This document shows positions 58,940-64,000 of a DNA stretch of 64,000 bases, piece after piece (position 1 is the stretch's first letter; each line of letters begins with the position of its first letter). Under the pieces are notes generated by a model. That model made no database searches and was not told where the DNA came from. It worked only from the letters and a program-made list of their open reading frames with translations. The position numbers were made by a program, and so were the translations under genes. The stretch comes from the human T2T-CHM13v2.0 reference genome, Homo sapiens: the NCBI RefSeq assembly GCF_009914755.1, contig NC_060931.1. One strand, given 5' to 3'.

Positions 58940-59285
58940 AAATGTTCTCAACCCAGGTTTCACAGCAGAGTCATCTAGGGAACTTATAAAATATCAACCT
59001 CAAGGGAATTTCCTCTCACGCTGGAATGTGACCAGAATCACTGGAAGTGCTGATTAAAACATAGGTTACTGGGCCCAGCCTTGGAGTTTCTGATTCAGCA
59101 GGTCTTAGGGGGTGGGGGGTGAGAACGTGCATTTCTATCAAATTCCCAGGTGATGCTGCTGCTGCTGCTGATCTGGGGACATTGCTTTGAGATCTTGATT
59201 TAATTAGTGTAGGGTGGGTCTTAAGCATTATTCATCTTTCAGAGTTCCCAGGAGAATCTAACATGCAGCCTGGCTGGAGGGCCAC
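58940..59285. mobile_element. MER5A nested in a MER5B-like element
   Basis: MER5A agtttctgattcagcaggtc...gcatttctatcaaattcccaggtgatgctgctgctg, flanked by MER5B-like halves. Confidence 0.7.
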
Positions 59286-59538
59286 GCCAGGAAAGAGGAA
59301 TATGGGAAGGAGACTTCTCCTATGCTACCTAACCAACAGGTCCCACTTTTTTCTCCCATACAGTAATGAGATGTTCCTCAGCCTCCTTCACATCTTCAGT
59401 AGTTTATCAAAGGGGATAAGGGCCCTCATACGACTGTGGAGAAAGAGGTAAAATCACTTTTTTGAGGAGAAATATTTTCCAGGTACACAGATGAAAAGGA
59501 TATAGAGATTTGACTGGAAACAAGATCAGGGAATTTTA

Positions 59539-59868
<330 letters not shown>

Positions 59869-60290
59869 TTAAGCTTAGAAGCAAAAATAAATTGGAAACA
59901 GAAAGTTGGGTTCCTAATTAAATGGATATAGAGAATTTTCAATGGGCTATCACTTAATTTGGAGGATAGCCCTGTTTAAAAGTAAATTTCCTTAAAATTG
60001 CAATGAAGGAGAAATTCCAGAGACTTCACAATCAGATGATAAACTTAGAAAAGATATTTAGGAATGATGATTGTCATTTATGACTGGAAACCCAATAACC
60101 TACTCTTGCTTTAAAAACCTTTTAATAGAATTGTAAAGATGAATGTCAAAGGTGGGCTAGACTTTGTTTGAAATTTCATGTTAACTCAAGATTTTGTTTG
60201 TCTGATATTCCTAAATCCTGGAAAAGGCAAGGGACATCCTCTAACACGTTAATTCACTCCCTGGCCATCTGTGACACCAGACTGATTTGA

Positions 60291-60656
<366 letters not shown>

Positions 60657-61322
60657 CCTTATTATTATTTTTTAAAGTCTCTGACAACATTGCATGGCTC
60701 TGTGGTAATAACCACTGATAACTGCCAAAAAGAAATCTAGGAGTTTCTGATCTGCTTTTGCTTGTTTTCCAAATCTGCTTTGAGGACATGTAGAATTGGT
60801 TCTGATGGATCATGAAGGTAGATTTAGAGGATATAGACTTTGGTGAATGAAACAAAACAAAAGGAAATTAGGCTTTGGAATGAATCAATACTGCAGGACT
60901 AGTTTGTTTATTTATTAGAATACTTATCTATATGCTTACAGCAAGCCTTACTATGTCTGCTATACATTATATTTCATTGCTTTGCAGTCTACATTCAGGT
61001 GAGAACACCAACTCTCACACGTGCTAGCAAGAAGACAACAAACAACAGCAACAAAGATTGATGTCTGGCTTTACAGGGAAAGGCTGTGCTTAGCTTAAGC
61101 AGTAGGGTAGGAGTGCTTCTTAATTTCTTCTCTAATACAGCTAATTGTGCCCAAGGCGCTGGGGTTGATTCAGTTTTCTCACTTGGTGATTTATGAGACA
61201 GTGTTTCACCACCCGAGTGAAACAAGTTTTTCAATTAGTTTTATTTATTTGGATCTGAAATAGTTAGAAACCAAAGAGATGTTCGATTTGGGGGATTTCT
61301 AAGTTTAATTGCTTTTCAGCCT

Positions 61323-61690
61323 TGTATTAGTCTATTATCAGCTGCTAATAAAATACCTGAGACTGGGTAATTTATAAAGGAAAAAAGTTTAATTGACTCA
61401 CAGTTCAGCATGGCTGGGGAGGCCTCAGGAAACTTACAATCATGGCGGAAGGGGAAGCAAATATGTCCTTCTTTACATGGCAGCAGGAAGAAGTGCCAAG
61501 CAACAGTGGGGAAGCCCCTTATAAAACCATCAGATGTTGCGAAAACTCACTCACGATCATGAGAACAGCATGGGGGAAACTGCCCCCATGATTCAATTAC
61601 CTCCCACTGGGTCCCTCCCATGACATGTGGGGATTATGGGAACTACAATTCAAGATGAGATTTGGGTGGGGACACAGCCAAACCATATCA
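61323..61690 (-). mobile_element. THE1 (C/D-like) MaLR solo LTR
   Basis: tgtattagtc...gagactgggtaatttataaagg...gagatttgggtggggacacagccaaaccatatca; gcct on both flanks. Confidence 0.93.
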
Positions 61691-62689
61691 GCCTTTACTT
61701 ACCTTCTTGAATAACACACAGGTTGCTATAATCCAGAGCAGAAGATAGGGTCAGTCTGGCTACTATGTTACCATCAATCCTCTTACTCTGTGTCCAGCCA
61801 TTCATGCCAAGGATGTGCTTGTACCTGCCTCCACCTCAGTGAGGGTCATTTTGTCAGTTACACAACCTCTACCAGGCAGGGAGGAAGGGAAGGCCAAGGA
61901 GGTAGAATGCAAACCATCTAGTTTTGTTATTTGCTAGTTCTAGGTTGGAGTCAGCATAAAATAGAGCTTGACTGTCTGAAGTTAAATTACAATTTGGTGA
62001 CAGATCTGACCTCTGGTGCCATCATGGATATTACATTGCAGTGGAGACAGCCTGGCTGGGTTTTGGCCATCCTCACTGGCAAAATCACTGACTAATCACT
62101 GCAAAGTTATTAGTGGCTCTGATAGTGAGGAATACCAGCTAACTGCAAGCTTTTCCTTCTCAAATCCCTTTTGGTTTTTCTCCCTGCTGCCCACCCACCT
62201 CGGCATGCTGTGACACTGGACTGACAGTGGGGAATTGGGATGCCTCTTCCTCTAGGTCACAGAGACCATTAGAGTCATGAGCACTTACCACTAACCCGTC
62301 TTTTAACACATTTTCTAGGAAACCCTTTACTCCTGTCCTTCTGTAAATTTCCAGGCTGGCCTCTCTTGTATGAGCTTTGACTTATTCTCCAACAGATCCT
62401 TAATTCCCTGCTTTTGGTGTGTTCCCAGGATCTTTCTCCCTAATAACTCAGGCCCTAAATCCACAAAGGATGGTGACTTGCTCTGCTATCATATTCATCT
62501 GAGAATATATATCATAACAGGCTTGCTTCTTCCTTTTGACAAAACCTAGAGTCAACCCTGGAATAATGTGTCAATTGCAACAGGCATCTGCAATATTTGC
62601 TGCTTAGTAGACAGAACCTGGAATTTCCCTGAGACAAATTATGTTAATAACTGACAAAAGGTGAGAACCCGGCATAAACATGCCATACA

Positions 62690-63470
62690 AATCAGTTATG
62701 AAAGACAAACAATACAAAAGAAAAAGGAGCAATAATCTCCATGAAAGGATCATTGAAAAAGAGAAAACCTGAACAGCCAATAAACCCTTGAGAAGAAACT
62801 CAGCCTCATGAGCAGTCAGGGAAATGCAAATAAAACCACCACCGGCTTAGCAAAACCTTAAAGTTTGATCATATAAAATATAAACAAGGCTGATGGGGGA
62901 ATGAATATTCTCAGAGCCTTCTGGTAAGAATGCAAATTGTTCAGCCCCTTTGGAGACAATATATCAACATGCAGGGACATTGCTAGTGTACATGACACAC
63001 GGCCCAACATTTTTTTCCAAAGTAAGAATCCTAGAGAATCTTTTGCAGGTGTATATAAGAAGATGTTTACCAAGATGTTCGTCAAACCATTGAAAAAAAT
63101 AGATACATTCTAAATATTTGTCAATAGTAAATGGAGAAATAAACCATGGTGTATACTCATATAATGGAATAGTACCCAGCACCTAAAATGAGTGATCTAA
63201 AAGTTACAATGTATCAACATGGATAATTCTGGAAAACCCAATGCAGTATAACACAATTTATCTAGACTTAAAAGTAAAAAAAAAAATGATGACTATGCAT
63301 ACTATTTCTAAATATATACCTTTGTAGTCAAAGCATTAAATGATAGAAAAGGTGAGCATCAGATTCCGTACTGTAGTGACTCTGGAGAGAGTATGAGGAA
63401 CGGGAAGAGGAAGGAATACTCTAGGGACTTCGACTATATCCAAAACTACTGTATTCCTTTAAAAAACAAA
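62690..63470 (+). mobile_element. L1ME-like fragment
   Basis: cagggaaatgcaaataaaacca...aatgcaaattgttcagccccttt...tatcaacatggataattc. Confidence 0.65.
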
Positions 63471-64000
63471 GCAAAATGTTCATATATATATTAAATATAG
63501 TTGGGCATATGGGTGCTTTTCTTTGTATCTAAAATACTCCTCTTTTTTCATTAATATTATAAATACTTCCATTTTATGTAAGAATGGATCTTTTAAGCCC
63601 TTGATATGATGGATAAACCTAACAACTAAACTCAAGATCCTTCCTTCTTTCTGGATTTTGGTCCTCTTCTTTGGGGCTTTGACATGAAGCACAATGATGA
63701 AGCCAAAGCAGTAAAACTGTGTGCTGGACTCAGAGGGCACTTTGGGCCAATGAACCTCTCTTCAGGCCAGGGCTACAAGTCAGTGCTCAGACACTTCCAG
63801 AATGCTCTTTTTGTTTCATTCTCCTTTAAATGCTACAGAGAAGGAAACAAAGGGAGATGCCCCCCATGGCTTTAAGCCAAACCCTTAATTTTATTTGAAT
63901 ATAGTTTTGTCATTTAATTACTGCCATTTTTTTCTTTTCTCTCATTCTTTCTTTTTTTAAATCTTCCAGATTGCTGTGTAATTTTTGTATCTATGCAGAT

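Overview
Primate (human or great-ape type) non-coding DNA, either intronic or intergenic. It is dense in Alu (J, S and Y subfamilies plus monomers), MIR, L2, old L1M, one L1PA, MaLR/ERV LTRs and DNA-transposon relics. I found no credible protein-coding exon, RNA gene or CRISPR array, and I cannot name the host gene. The longer supplied ORFs are largely Alu- or LTR-derived read-throughs. Repeat family names come from recognition of consensus motifs, not from a database run. Most notable structure: two solo LTR12C (ERV9) elements in convergent, inverted orientation (30752-32303 +, 33756-35153 -), 1.45 kb apart. They have separate target-site duplications but share unusual variants, so they are a candidate convergent-promoter / long-dsRNA / inversion-substrate cassette. 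The window also holds several clear DNA-copying scars: a three-junction microhomology templated insertion (25940-25978) inside one copy of an unrecognised ~140-bp duplicate, a fold-back palindrome built into an AluY (60340-60395), a probable gene-conversion tract between two inverted Alus of different subfamilies (about 9.1 kb and 14.3 kb), and recent tandem duplications of 37 bp and 154 bp. Two apparently repeat-free, CpG-retaining blocks (about 28.1-29.95 kb and 51.9-55.3 kb) are candidate regulatory elements.
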